A DNA stretch of 59,286 bases, filler included. It is 7 parts of 7 records of this genome, joined end to end, with 100 filler letters (N's around TTAATTAATTAA, not from the genome) between each part and the next. Parts side by side here need not be neighbours in the genome. Positions count along the whole stretch, not along the records: positions 46,640 to 52,268 come from SRR31156797_7703; positions 52,369 to 59,286 come from SRR31156797_7714; 5 more parts are not named here. One strand, written 5' to 3'. Below the pieces are notes generated by a model. That model was not told the DNA's origin. It worked only from the letters and a program-made list of their open reading frames with translations, and made no database searches. Both the position numbers and the translations under genes were made by a program. Shown piece by piece: positions 49,685 to 59,286 of this stretch (within the stretch, counting starts at the first letter, position 1; each line of letters starts with the position of its first letter).

Positions 49685-50464
49685 CTAAAATTTTTCGAAA
49701 ACACCTAGGCCAAATATAGCAAAGTCATATTTTATGGGATCATCATTATCAAATAAACGTAAAACTTCTGTTACTTCCTCTACTGCTTTCCAGTCATTTG
49801 ATTTGCGTTTGAGTAAGTCAAGCTTCCGTGTTACCCTACCAGTATGGACGTCTAAGGGCAGAAATAATTCAGAAGGACTAATAAAATCCCATAATCCAAA
49901 ATCAACTCCACGATTGTCTTGCCTTACCATCCATCTCAAATACATATTCAACCTTTTAGCACTAGAGCCTTTTGCCGGAAAAGCTATATGTTTTCTTGTC
50001 CTACCCGGATCATGCTGTTCAAAGAATTTAATGTGAAAGCTATTAATTAATTGATACATATCAGAAGACTGATAATAAATTGATTTAAATAATGCTCCCA
50101 GGGTTTTATATTCGTTCACCAAATAATTTAGTGATTTAATAAAATAAGATAAATCATCTGAATTAAAGGTTCGATATACAAATTTTTCAAATCTTTTTAA
50201 GTCTGTATTATTGTGATCTTTTACAAATTCATATGGAGAATAATCCATTAACTCCATCATTTCGAAACCTTTCTTAAGTATCTGTGGACGCTGACCCCAA
50301 GCGATAGTAGCAGCTAAGAAACCAGCAATCTCAATATCCTCCTGTCTGGAGAAATAGTGAGGAATTGCTATTGGATCATTTTCGATAAATTGCCTTTGAT
50401 TATATTGAAAATATTTCTCATCCAGAAATTCTTTTATCAACAGAAATGATGTTTCGTTTGTCAT
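49685..50464 (-). CDS. TIGR02757 (DUF2400) family protein
   Basis: FIENDPI, IAWGQR, SAKRLNMYLRWMVR, PLDVHT, DPIKYDFA. Confidence 0.88.
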   Translation of the reverse strand: MTNETSFLLIKEFLDEKYFQYNQRQFIENDPIAIPHYFSRQEDIEIAGFLAATIAWGQRPQILKKGFEMMELMDYSPYEFVKDHNNTDLKRFEKFVYRTFNSDDLSYFIKSLNYLVNEYKTLGALFKSIYYQSSDMYQLINSFHIKFFEQHDPGRTRKHIAFPAKGSSAKRLNMYLRWMVRQDNRGVDFGLWDFISPSELFLPLDVHTGRVTRKLDLLKRKSNDWKAVEEVTEVLRLFDNDDPIKYDFAIFGLGVFEKF

Positions 50465-50529
50465 TTAAATAAATAGTTTTCTCTTTAGTGCAATTTTACT
50501 TATTTTTGAAATCTTACAAAAGTAAATTT

Positions 50530-51186
50530 ATGGCTGAAGCTGTAGCACCAATAGTTTTATTCCTGAAAGGAATTATCATCGGATTAGCTGTATCGGTTCC
50601 AATGGGTCCGATTGGTGTTCTTTGTGTACAGAAAACAATTAACAAAGGTCGTTTCTACGGTATGCTTTCCGGATTTGGCGCTGCCTTTGCAGATACGCTT
50701 TTCGCAATAGTAGCTGTATTTGGTTTAACTGTCACCAAAAATTTCTTTCTTCAGTATAGACTAGAATTACAAGTAATTGGTGTAATTGTTTTATTGGTGC
50801 TTGGTACTAAAATATTTTTTAGTAATCCAATCACTCAAATTAGACGAAGAGCCAGAAATAAGCAGGGTGGTGTTTTTGGGGATTTTATTTCGGTTTTTTT
50901 CCTTACACTAAGTAATCCATTAACAGTAATATTTTTTGGAGCTTCCATTGCAGCAGTAGGAATTGATGATTCTGAAAACTATTTAGCTTCACAATTAATT
51001 CTGGTTGGAGGAATAAGTGCCGGAGCTACAAGCTGGTGGATATCCTTAACTTCTCTAGTTAATGCCTTTCGTCATAGATTTAGACTCAAACAACTATGGT
51101 GGATCAACAAAATTTCTGGAGGAGTTATCATTGTGCTAACGGTTATAGGAGCAATAGTACTAGCTATTAAACACTTGATTAATTAG
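50530..51186 (+). CDS. LysE family translocator
   Basis: [22 protein letters not shown]. Confidence 0.85.
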   Translation: MAEAVAPIVLFLKGIIIGLAVSVPMGPIGVLCVQKTINKGRFYGMLSGFGAAFADTLFAIVAVFGLTVTKNFFLQYRLELQVIGVIVLLVLGTKIFFSNPITQIRRRARNKQGGVFGDFISVFFLTLSNPLTVIFFGASIAAVGIDDSENYLASQLILVGGISAGATSWWISLTSLVNAFRHRFRLKQLWWINKISGGVIIVLTVIGAIVLAIKHLIN

Positions 51187-51844
51187 CCTCTTTTTTTATT
51201 ACTACTCCGTCTTTCAATTCAATTTTCCGATCTGCAAGCTCAGCTAATTCTTTATCGTGTGTCACAATAATGAAAGTAATATTAAACTCATCTCTCAAAT
51301 CAAAAAAAAGTTTGTGAAGCGATTCTTTATTTGCTGTATCCAAGTTCCCACTGGGTTCATCTGCTAAAATAACTTTCGGCTTATTAATTAACGCCCTTGC
51401 AACGGCAACTCTTTGCTGCTCCCCACCTGACAATTCAGAAGGCTTATGTGATTGCCTGTCTTCCAAACCCATTCGCTTTAATAACTCTAGAGCTTTTGGC
51501 TCAATAGATTTATATGATTCACCTTTTATTAATGCAGGAATACAAACATTTTCAATAGCTGTAAATTCAGGTAATAGTTGATGAAATTGAAATACAAAAC
51601 CAATATTATCATTTCTAAACCTCGCCAATTTTTGCTGCTTGAACTCAAAAGGATTTACTTCATCATAATACAATTCTCCTTTATCACCGCTATCTAAGGT
51701 TCCTAATATCTGCAATAAAGTCGTTTTCCCTGCTCCACTAGGGCCGACAATGGTAACAATCTCACCTTGTTTTATATTAAGATCAATTCCTTTCAAGACA
51801 TGTAAATCGCCGTAATATTTATGTAAATCTTTTACTTGTATCAT
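51179..51844 (-). CDS. lolD: ABC ATPase, LolD-like
   Basis: [35 protein letters not shown]. Confidence 0.8.
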   Translation of the reverse strand: MIQVKDLHKYYGDLHVLKGIDLNIKQGEIVTIVGPSGAGKTTLLQILGTLDSGDKGELYYDEVNPFEFKQQKLARFRNDNIGFVFQFHQLLPEFTAIENVCIPALIKGESYKSIEPKALELLKRMGLEDRQSHKPSELSGGEQQRVAVARALINKPKVILADEPSGNLDTANKESLHKLFFDLRDEFNITFIIVTHDKELAELADRKIELKDGVVIKKEAN

Positions 51845-51909
51845 AACTTCAATTAATATACATTGAAAATAGGTTCTAAAAGTAATGCAAAAATAAGAAT
51901 TTAACATAT

Positions 51910-51943
51910 AAAAAAACCCCGAAGACAATCCTCGGGGTTTTTG
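51910..51943 (-). terminator. Intrinsic terminator after secDF
   Basis: AAAAAAACCCCGA...TCGGGGTTTTT. Confidence 0.8.
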
Positions 51944-51958
51944 AATTATACTTTAAAG

Positions 51959-52268
51959 TTAGGTTCTTCTTACTCCTTTAAGCGCACGCTTTTTCTCATC
52001 AGCTTTTACAGTATCATAAACAACCGGAGTTGCAATGAATAGTGATGAATAAGTACCGACTACAACACCAACAAGCATTGCAAAGATAAATCCGCGAATC
52101 ATTTCACCTCCAAAAATAAAGATGGTAAGCAAAACAACGAATGTACTTAACGATGTACTAAACGTACGAGCCAATGTACTGTTCAATGCTGTGTTCATTA
52201 TTTCCTTACGCTCACGTTTCTTGTATAGGTTGAGATATTCACGAATACGGTCAAATACAACCACGGTA
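51959..52268 (-). CDS. secDF: SecDF/SecF C-terminus (5' truncated)
   Basis: TVVVFDRIRE, TLARTFSTS, GTYSSLFIATP. Confidence 0.9.
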
Positions 52269-52368
52269 NNNNNNNNNNNNNNNNNNNNNNNNNNNNNNNN
52301 NNNNNNNNNNNNTTAATTAATTAANNNNNNNNNNNNNNNNNNNNNNNNNNNNNNNNNNNNNNNNNNNN
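52269..52368. other. Artificial contig linker
   Basis: N44-TTAATTAATTAA-N44. Confidence 0.98.
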
Positions 52369-52398
52369 ATCTAGGTTCGAATCCTAGTCACCCAGCCA
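52369..52398 (+). tRNA. 3' part of a tRNA (T-arm, acceptor strand, CCA), probably tRNA-Gln
   Basis: CTAGG-TTCGAAT-CCTAG T-arm, then TCACCCA-G-CCA. A72/G73 fits Gln, but the anticodon is not in the contig. Confidence 0.8.
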
Positions 52399-52408
52399 TA
52401 GCATACAT

Positions 52409-52443
52409 AAGGCCCTCAGCGTTCTTGCTGAGGGCCTTTTTTT
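52409..52443 (+). terminator. Intrinsic terminator after the tRNA
   Basis: AAGGCCCTCAGC-GTTCTT-GCTGAGGGCCTTTTTTT. Confidence 0.88.
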
Positions 52444-52483
52444 GTTTTTGGAATGATGGTGTTTCCCTACTCCCTGACACCCA

Positions 52484-54327
52484 TCATGATTCTATAAGTG
52501 TATATTCGATGCGTGGGGGATAGACGGTGACCATGCCCGAGAAGGGGGAACTCAGGTGTAAGGTCAGGCTGGCAAGCGCCTCTTCCTGTTCCGGGCTCAG
52601 TTTATCGTTCAAGGGATCTTTCAATTCAAAGCTGATGGTGTCGTTTCCAATGATTACCGGTGGGATGGCGGTGGCATCCATGGCAAGTTCAAAGGGGGCT
52701 TGGGGATCCTGGTCCTGGGTGGAAGCGCTGAAAAATGCGTAATATGCTTCAACGCCTTTGATTGCAGTGATCTTTGTCAAAGGCGCTTTTTCCTGGGCGG
52801 CCTGCAGCACCTGGACCGGCTCGAACTCCCCGGATCGGGTGAACCACAATGCAGTTTTCCGGGCGGACTTCAATAATAGCCAATAGGGTTGGGCTGCCAG
52901 GGTGATTGAGTCACTCAACGGAATCCTGATCCAGGTGCATTCTCCCAGGGTGGTTGAATGGACCCGGGCTTCCGCGAGCTTTTTGCCGGAGGGTTGACCG
53001 TTCCAGTCTTCTTGCAGTTGAACCAGCAGTTCGGTTTCCTTTGCCAGGTTCATGATGCCAAGGGCCAGGCCATTGATGCTTACAGCCTTGTCCGGTGAAA
53101 CCTGTTGCGCGATCCAGCGATCCGCTGTGACGCTGATACCGGTTCGAAGAGAGCTTGTCAGGGGTTCCAGGGCATTGCCAACGACATGGGATGGCTCCCC
53201 CCCCTAAGCTTGCTTCGGTTTTCAGGTGGGCCGATAATACTTCGGCGTCCTTTGGGAGCTGTATAATGACTTCTTCCGTCTTCAATGCATTGCCGGAAAA
53301 GCGGGCGATTGTTTTTTCCCTGGAGGATACGCCCTGGTAAGGGAAGGAGGATTGTTGGCGTATCAGGGTATAGTTGATCATAAACTGGGTTGCGTCAAAG
53401 TTGCACGGTGCATCGGATTCAAACACAAGATCGATGCCGATGGTGCCGGGGATTGACGGTAGTTCTTCATTTTCTTTGGCTTGGCGGAAGACGGTTCTGA
53501 AATGCTCGTTTAAATAGCGGTTCAAAGCTTTGGCCAACTCCTTACCTGTTTTTTTTGTCTGCCGGGACCGTATCTGCCGGGTCGGCGATTTCACCGGGGA
53601 CATTCCAGAAATACTCGATGATCTCGTTGGTTTCTCCTGGCTGGACCGGCGACGCAATGCCCATGCGCGGACCGGTGGGATTGCTTTGTACGATTACGGA
53701 TTGCAGATGTTTTGTTTCAAGATTGACATGCGCCTGGGATTTGTCGAGCACTTTTATGGCGAACTTTGCACAGATAAAATCCTCGATTTCCTCATTGTTA
53801 GAGACAGTGTGCGTTGCTTCCCCGGCAATGGCTTCACCATCCACGCGATACAGCTCAATTTTATCAACATCCACTCCCCAGTCACTGGCAATGAGAAAAT
53901 CCCCATTCACGGCATTTTTACTTTTGTCCATTGGCACTGTCTCTTTTTCTGCGCTCGCCATGGCAAGGAATGGGGTATAAGACTCGGCTTCCAATGATTC
54001 TTTCGACACCTCAAAAAAAACATCTACGATCGCCTTTATTCCATTTTTTTTAATTCTGCGGGGTGCGTCGAAACTGACGATAACGGCACCGTCGGGCCCA
54101 TTGGCCTTTGAGGCCTGGATGGGACTTGCATTGTCCAAGGCGTCATATTCCTGGGGAGTAAAGAAACCCTCAAGGGCGCTTGAATCCGGGTTGACGTCAA
54201 TGCTGTCGGCATACCCGCCGGTGGAAAACTGCAAATTGACTACATGACGATAGACGACCAGCGGTGGTATTTCCACTGCTGAGGTGATTTCCCATGTGGT
54301 GTCGGTATCGGCAAGTATGATATCCAT
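52484..54327 (-). pseudogene. Unknown beta-rich protein 'D' (~613 aa if repaired) split by two homopolymer frameshifts
   Basis: ORFs 53542-54327, 52911-53657 and 52484-53053 join into one frame if A8 (53549-53556) and G8 (53197-53204) are each shortened by one base. Confidence 0.7.
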
Positions 54328-54401
54328 GTACCACCCATTATTATTACTTTTTATTAAGCATCGAGGCCCAGGTCATCCTGACGAAGATGTTGGCCCGCAA
54401 A

Positions 54402-55570
54402 CTACCTGGGCCTTCTCTTAAAATCGTTGTAATCCCGTTTAAAGACTTTGAAATTCCTGTCAAAGCTATTGACCTCATTGCTGAATTTCGAATAGGTGGT
54501 GTCAAATTTTGCCAGTTTACTGTCTGCCGCGGCCAATTTTTCCTCAAGGGCGTTAGTCTTAGTAATGAAGTCCTGGTATTTTCGTGAAAAATCTTCGGCT
54601 TTCAATTGTTCAGCCGCTTGAACAATGGCCCGGACATCCCCTATTTCGGCAAACTTGGTATCCACATTGCGAGTAATATCGGTGCGAACATGCCCCATGA
54701 CTGCCAATGAGCTCATTTGAGTGGTTGAGACATTTTTTACGGCCATACCAAGGGCGGAAAACAAGAGCTGCCGGGTAGTAAACGGCAGGCCTTCCATACC
54801 GGTGGAGAGGAAATTATTCACTTGTCGCCGGGCCACTTTTTTAGCTGCCGACGCCCCCACCAACCCGGCCTGTCCCGAGGCATAGCTGTTCAACCGGTTG
54901 ACCATGTTGTCGAGAAGCTGGCCTTGGTCGGTCATTTGGTCCTTAAACCGGTTGAAATCATCGTTGATGGTGCAACTCTCGTCAAGGCGTGTGAGATATG
55001 CCTGGTACCAGGGCACAATCCAATCCTTGACACGAACTTTCAGCACTGTCGTGCTCTCCACCGCATGGCCCCACCGGGAGGGTTGATCCTCTTCGTGCAA
55101 ATAGGCGGTGACGAGGGCATGGATGGAAGACCAGGCATTATTCGGGGATGGCGGATTGATGGAGGCCGCCAACGCCTCACTCCGGGTGCGGAAATAGATA
55201 TCCATGGCCTGGCGCAGCGCCACACTCCCATTTGCCTGGTATTGCACACAAGATTATCCAGTCCCGCGACATCATCATAGGGGGTTGAGGCTTCAGGATC
55301 AAGGGCGCGCAGGGCGGAATCCAGGGCCAGTTGCTGGGCGTAGGTAAGGTTTTCATAGGTGGGGCCGGTGAGTTTGGTCTTTGCCTTTCCATTGATATCC
55401 GTTTGTGCCGTGACAATGCTGCCATGGCGTTTTTCAAACCCCACATGGGTTTCCGGGGCTCCCCAGCTGGTGGCAAGGGTCAGGGGCTGGTTTGCCCTGG
55501 GCCGGTTTTTCCGGGTATCACGCACCTCCGCAGGTGATAAGGATTCAGGTTTTATGTAGGATTTAAGCAT
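54402..55570 (-). pseudogene. Unknown Ig-like/helical/coiled-coil protein 'C' (~389 aa repaired), frameshifted
   Basis: ORFs 55040-55570 and 54402-55247 join with one added base near 55247; paralogous to B. Confidence 0.65.
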
Positions 55571-55591
55571 TCACGCCAAGCCTTTCCCAGC

Positions 55592-57216
55592 TTATTGCTT
55601 GTCAACCTTGGTCAGTATTTCCGTTACCTGGCCCCGGATGTTTTCGATATTGCCCATCAGTATATCCCGCTGGGGCACATTGAATTCGACAATCTTGTTC
55701 TGCATATCCGTCATGGTGCCCAGCACCTGATCTCCAATGGTGGACGAGCTTTCTTCCAGGGTGGTGACCGAGCCTTTCAAATCGCTTACATCTTCCCCCA
55801 GGGTATCGAGGCCTGACATCTTGATGGCCTGGTCCATGACAGTGGTGAACCCCGGTTGCCTGACTCCCCCCTCCCCGCCTGCACCGGCACCGGAATATTG
55901 CAGGACGTTCCAGGCCTTTTGATTGCCGAGCCCATAGCTCACGGTCTCTTTTGCCTGGGCCGCCACCTCGGGCTCGAGGGGGATGTCTATCTGCTCCACC
56001 GCTTTTCCAAAGGCGTTCAATATCTTGTTTTGATGGATGACCCCGTGGGTGGACTGCACCTCGTCCTCCAATGTGATTTTCATGCCCTCCAGGGTGACGT
56101 AGATGTCCGGGTCCACCCATTTGATCAACCCGTCGACAATGTCCGCCACCTCAAGCTGGTCATCTTCAAAATACCAGTCGATCCAGGGGCCGACCCAGTC
56201 CTTGAACGCGATCTGGATCGCGCTTGCGGCGGACTTGGAGTCGGGGGTGGTCGGGTCGCCGTCTTCCTTGGCGATGCCCACCACCGTGGAGCGGTAGTAC
56301 TTCCAGTTACCGGCGAAATTGATGCCCCCCTGCCAGCGGGCGGCCTGATTGCCCACATAATAGGCATCGGCAAAGCGGTGCATGAATACCATGTTGCCGC
56401 GCTGGTACACTTTCTTCATTTCATTGTAGACGGAGGTGGCGATGTCGTCACCGGCATTGGGGGCGATATTCAATGTCTGCTCCACGGTCTGATCGGTGGC
56501 CTGGACCACGGACTTGAAAAAGCCTTCCACCTGGGCTTCGTCTTCCTCACTCAGCTCCTGCGGGTGCTCCGAGCTGATCCGCACCCGGCGATGGCGTTGG
56601 CATCAGTGCGTACGGAAATGGAATGGCCGTCAATGCCCGACCGCGTATCAAATCCGTCAAAGGGTTTCAGCTTGCCCCAGCTGATGATGAAGTCCACCCA
56701 CGGGCGATTGGCCGGTACGGCGCCGTCCAGGGTTCGCACAGTCGCGGTAAGCACTGCGCGCTCCCCAAGGTTGTAGGCCTCCCGGGTGGTTTCGAGCTTG
56801 ACCACGTACTGGTCCCGCAGGGGCTGAACAGAGGCTTTGAACGGGTTGTACTCTTCGCTCACAAAGGTATCCAGCTCATCCTGCTCCACCACATCGGTTT
56901 CTTCCAGCCGGGTCACACGGCCTGACAAGGTGTCCGTGGCGGCACTGTCCCCGGCGTCCCCCACAAATTCTTCCAGGGCCTCGATCCGGCCCCGCAACGT
57001 GTAACCGGCGCCCTGTTCGAACCCGATGAAGGTTTCAACGTCTTCCACCCTGTTATGAACGGCCGCCAATTCATCTGCCACTGTTTTCACACTGGAGACA
57101 AGGGTATTCCGTTCTTCGTGCTTGATGAGGTCCCCCTGGATTTTTTCAGCCAGGGTCCCCATTGCCGTAATCGCGTCCTGTAAATCCTGAAAAGCCATGA
57201 TCATTTGTAACGCCAC
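55592..57216 (-). pseudogene. Unknown coiled-coil/Ig-like protein 'B' (~541 aa repaired), frameshifted
   Basis: ORFs 56551-57216 and 55592-56584 join as ...TDANAIA-RVRISSEH with one added C near 56587. Confidence 0.7.
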
Positions 57217-57929
57217 AACTCCCCCGCCCCGTTAGCCCGGGTGGCCACCCACAACATCCGGTCCCGGGTTTGAACCATGGCGGTCACAGCGCCTGTGGGC
57301 GCTCCCGGACTGCTAACCCAGGGCCCCGGGGCCGTAGGATTGGCCCCGGCCGTATCGGCGGGATCGGACCGGGAGGTCAACAGGTTGTTTTCCAGGCCCA
57401 GCCAAGAATGGTAGGCGGGCCGCAACCGCAGCACCTCCCCCGGGGGAATGGTGCCCTGGCAGGCAATCCCGGGAAGGGGGAACCCTTCCCCCGAGTCATA
57501 CAATTCCAGAACGGGATCCACCGTGGCATCCCGCTGACCGGGAATGGCGCTGATCCCCTCGATATACAGGGTCAGGGGCGCGTCTTCCAGCCCGTCATTC
57601 TCAAAATCCCACCGCATCAGCGGTCCCACAAGGTTCAACGGCAGCCCTGCTCCATCAAAGGGCGCCCCCCGAACAGCGAAGGGTTTTCGGACCGTCACCA
57701 AAGGCGCGTATTCTTCAATGGAAAAGGACTGTTTCCGTTGGAGACGCCGCCCGTAGATGGCCCCTTTGGGATCGTCGTTTACGGCGATAAACCCGCCCAC
57801 CCCGATAGGAGTAATCCGTGTGCCGGTAAATAACACTCTTGGTTCAAAAACAGGATCAGGGGCCTCGGGCAGCATCCCCTCTATCAAAGCCCTCAGGCCG
57901 GCCAGCGATTCATTGCTTATAATATCCAT
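57201..57929 (-). CDS. Unknown protein 'A', possibly a chimeric or truncated remnant
   Basis: GAGGA RBS upstream; Pro/Gly-rich beta character; ends after one propeller-like blade (AVTAMVQTRDRMLWVAT...ELWRYK) and overlaps B. Confidence 0.55.
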   Translation of the reverse strand: MDIISNESLAGLRALIEGMLPEAPDPVFEPRVLFTGTRITPIGVGGFIAVNDDPKGAIYGRRLQRKQSFSIEEYAPLVTVRKPFAVRGAPFDGAGLPLNLVGPLMRWDFENDGLEDAPLTLYIEGISAIPGQRDATVDPVLELYDSGEGFPLPGIACQGTIPPGEVLRLRPAYHSWLGLENNLLTSRSDPADTAGANPTAPGPWVSSPGAPTGAVTAMVQTRDRMLWVATRANGAGELWRYK

Positions 57930-58730
57930 CCGGTTCAGTCTTCCTCACATGCGTATAAGAGATTTAACAAATCCTTTGAGAAGGCCGCCCCACTATGGCC
58001 TTCCTCTTTCCCGGACACCCGCGAAAAGTTTGCAATAATATCGACAATTGAACCCGCTACAGCACGAGTAATCTTTAACGCTTTCGCAAAACTAAAGACT
58101 CAGATGGGAACGTCAATCACATTGACAGGAATGACTTTGGATTTTGGTTTGTTTAAATGTCACCTTAGCATAGGGCCAAACCCGAAATACCCCCTGACAA
58201 GCAATTAGTTATTTAAACACGATTACCATTTAGTAAACAAAGCAGCTTCACGATTACATCATTTCGTCAGAAAACCACGCTACATTTTCAACGTTTCCAT
58301 GGTTCCCCACACCTTTTTTTTCCATCCCAAGCCCACACATATGCCCTTTGATCACTTTAAAAAACGATTCGCTATTTTGCAGATGAAATTTTACAAAAAC
58401 AAACAACGTCCACCAGAATTTCAACCGAGCATCAATGATGCCGGCCCGGCATCCGCATTCAAAGCCCCACTTTCCAATCTTTCCGTGTGACAAAACATTT
58501 ATCGCCCACTTCCGGAACAACCCCTTAAGAATTCAGAACTTTTCTACAAAAATCGATCTTACGCCATGACCTTGACCCCCTGACAGATGAAATTTACAAT
58601 TGCGTTATCATCAATCTTTATTTATAACAGCCCGGCGCCCCCGCAAAACCGGTATGCCAAAACAGGTTGTGCGGAAGTGCGAACAAATGAAAATTAATAT
58701 AATAAAGGACACGAACAGGAAAAATTAAAA

Positions 58731-59129
58731 ATGGCAAGAAGATTAAGAAAATTAACGGACTCACGGAGAAAAAAAAACAAACAAAAAGCAGCCGCGAAAA
58801 AGCTCAAGCCAGTTGAACCGAAGGCTGTCGAAACAACCACGGAAGCGCCCGTCGAACCCCCAAAGGATGCCGAGCCGCTCCCAAAGACAGACACAGCCAA
58901 AAACGCGACTGAAGAAGTTACTGAAGAAGTTGCCGAGGAAATTACCGAAGACACAAAATTTCACACTGCAAAAGAGGCCGCAGAAATGCTGGGCATATCC
59001 GCAAAACAAGTTACAGCTTTCATTCAAGATAAAAGCCTTGCAAACGCCTTCAAAAAAAGCGGGAGATGGCAGATCCCCGACTCAGACATCCAGACCCTCA
59101 AAAAGAAGTTACAAGAGCCCTCCGAATAA
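58731..59129 (+). CDS. Excisionase-like (HTH_17) DNA-binding protein with a long charged N-terminal tail
   Basis: FHTAKEAAEMLGISAKQVTAFIQ...KSGRWQIPDSDI; basic then acidic low-complexity leader. Confidence 0.75.
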   Translation: MARRLRKLTDSRRKKNKQKAAAKKLKPVEPKAVETTTEAPVEPPKDAEPLPKTDTAKNATEEVTEEVAEEITEDTKFHTAKEAAEMLGISAKQVTAFIQDKSLANAFKKSGRWQIPDSDIQTLKKKLQEPSE

Positions 59130-59286
59130 AAATTACATAGCGTCTCAAGCTACTGTGCCGTCATCAGACCCCCAAAGACACACATTAGCTTGAGACCAAC
59201 CCTTCATTATCCCCAGCCACAGCCCATACCTGTCATTCGCAAAAAGTTAAATTTGCGGCATTTGTGTAAAACAATATTGTTTTTCA

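Noticed and set aside
55856-56776. 306-aa plus-strand ORF
   Set aside because: Antisense to gene B, whose frame is supported by paralogy with C.
58254-58520. Short ORFs in the segment 7 intergenic region
   Set aside because: No motifs or convincing RBS; they overlap each other on opposite strands.
58641-58660. Minus-strand TGGCAT...TTGC as a sigma-54 promoter for the segment 7 operon
   Set aside because: GG-to-GC spacing is 12 nt, not the required 10.

Overview
This window is not one locus. It is seven unrelated contigs joined by 100-nt artificial linkers (N44-TTAATTAATTAA-N44), probably a metagenome co-assembly; taxon labels below are inferred from gene style and composition. (1) 1-5026, GC-rich deltaproteobacterium-like: M20 amidohydrolase, Na+/solute symporter with a small partner, a molybdoenzyme remnant, a parS-like site and a radical SAM gene. 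(2) 5127-17458, alphaproteobacterial: dadA, an imuA-imuB-dnaE2 cassette with a LexA box, TauE, GNAT, nudF, cysK-sseA-metC. (3) 17559-22946, Desulfovibrio-like: glnS, cheX, a PAS-GGDEF cyclase, a Mor-like activator facing away from a catalytically dead CI/S24 repressor, groES-groEL. (4) 23047-40328, Vibrio-like: a fused double solute-binding protein, c-di-GMP genes and a complete protocatechuate 4,5-cleavage (lig) cluster with a TRAP transporter. (5) 40429-46539: a TetR-MMPL/RND-LolA-like-outer-membrane-barrel operon. (6) 46640-52268, AT-rich Bacteroidetes-like housekeeping genes plus a permuted NlpC/P60-lipoprotein pair. (7) 52369-59286: a tRNA 3' end followed by a frameshifted operon of unknown Ig-like/coiled-coil proteins, possibly a tail or contractile-injection remnant, and an excisionase-like HTH gene. 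Best candidates for undescribed biology: the segment 7 operon, a tandem acidic 'LEGF' motif shared by the inner- and outer-membrane components in segment 5, and the dead-S24/Mor switch in segment 3. All calls come from motif recognition by eye; no database searches were run.
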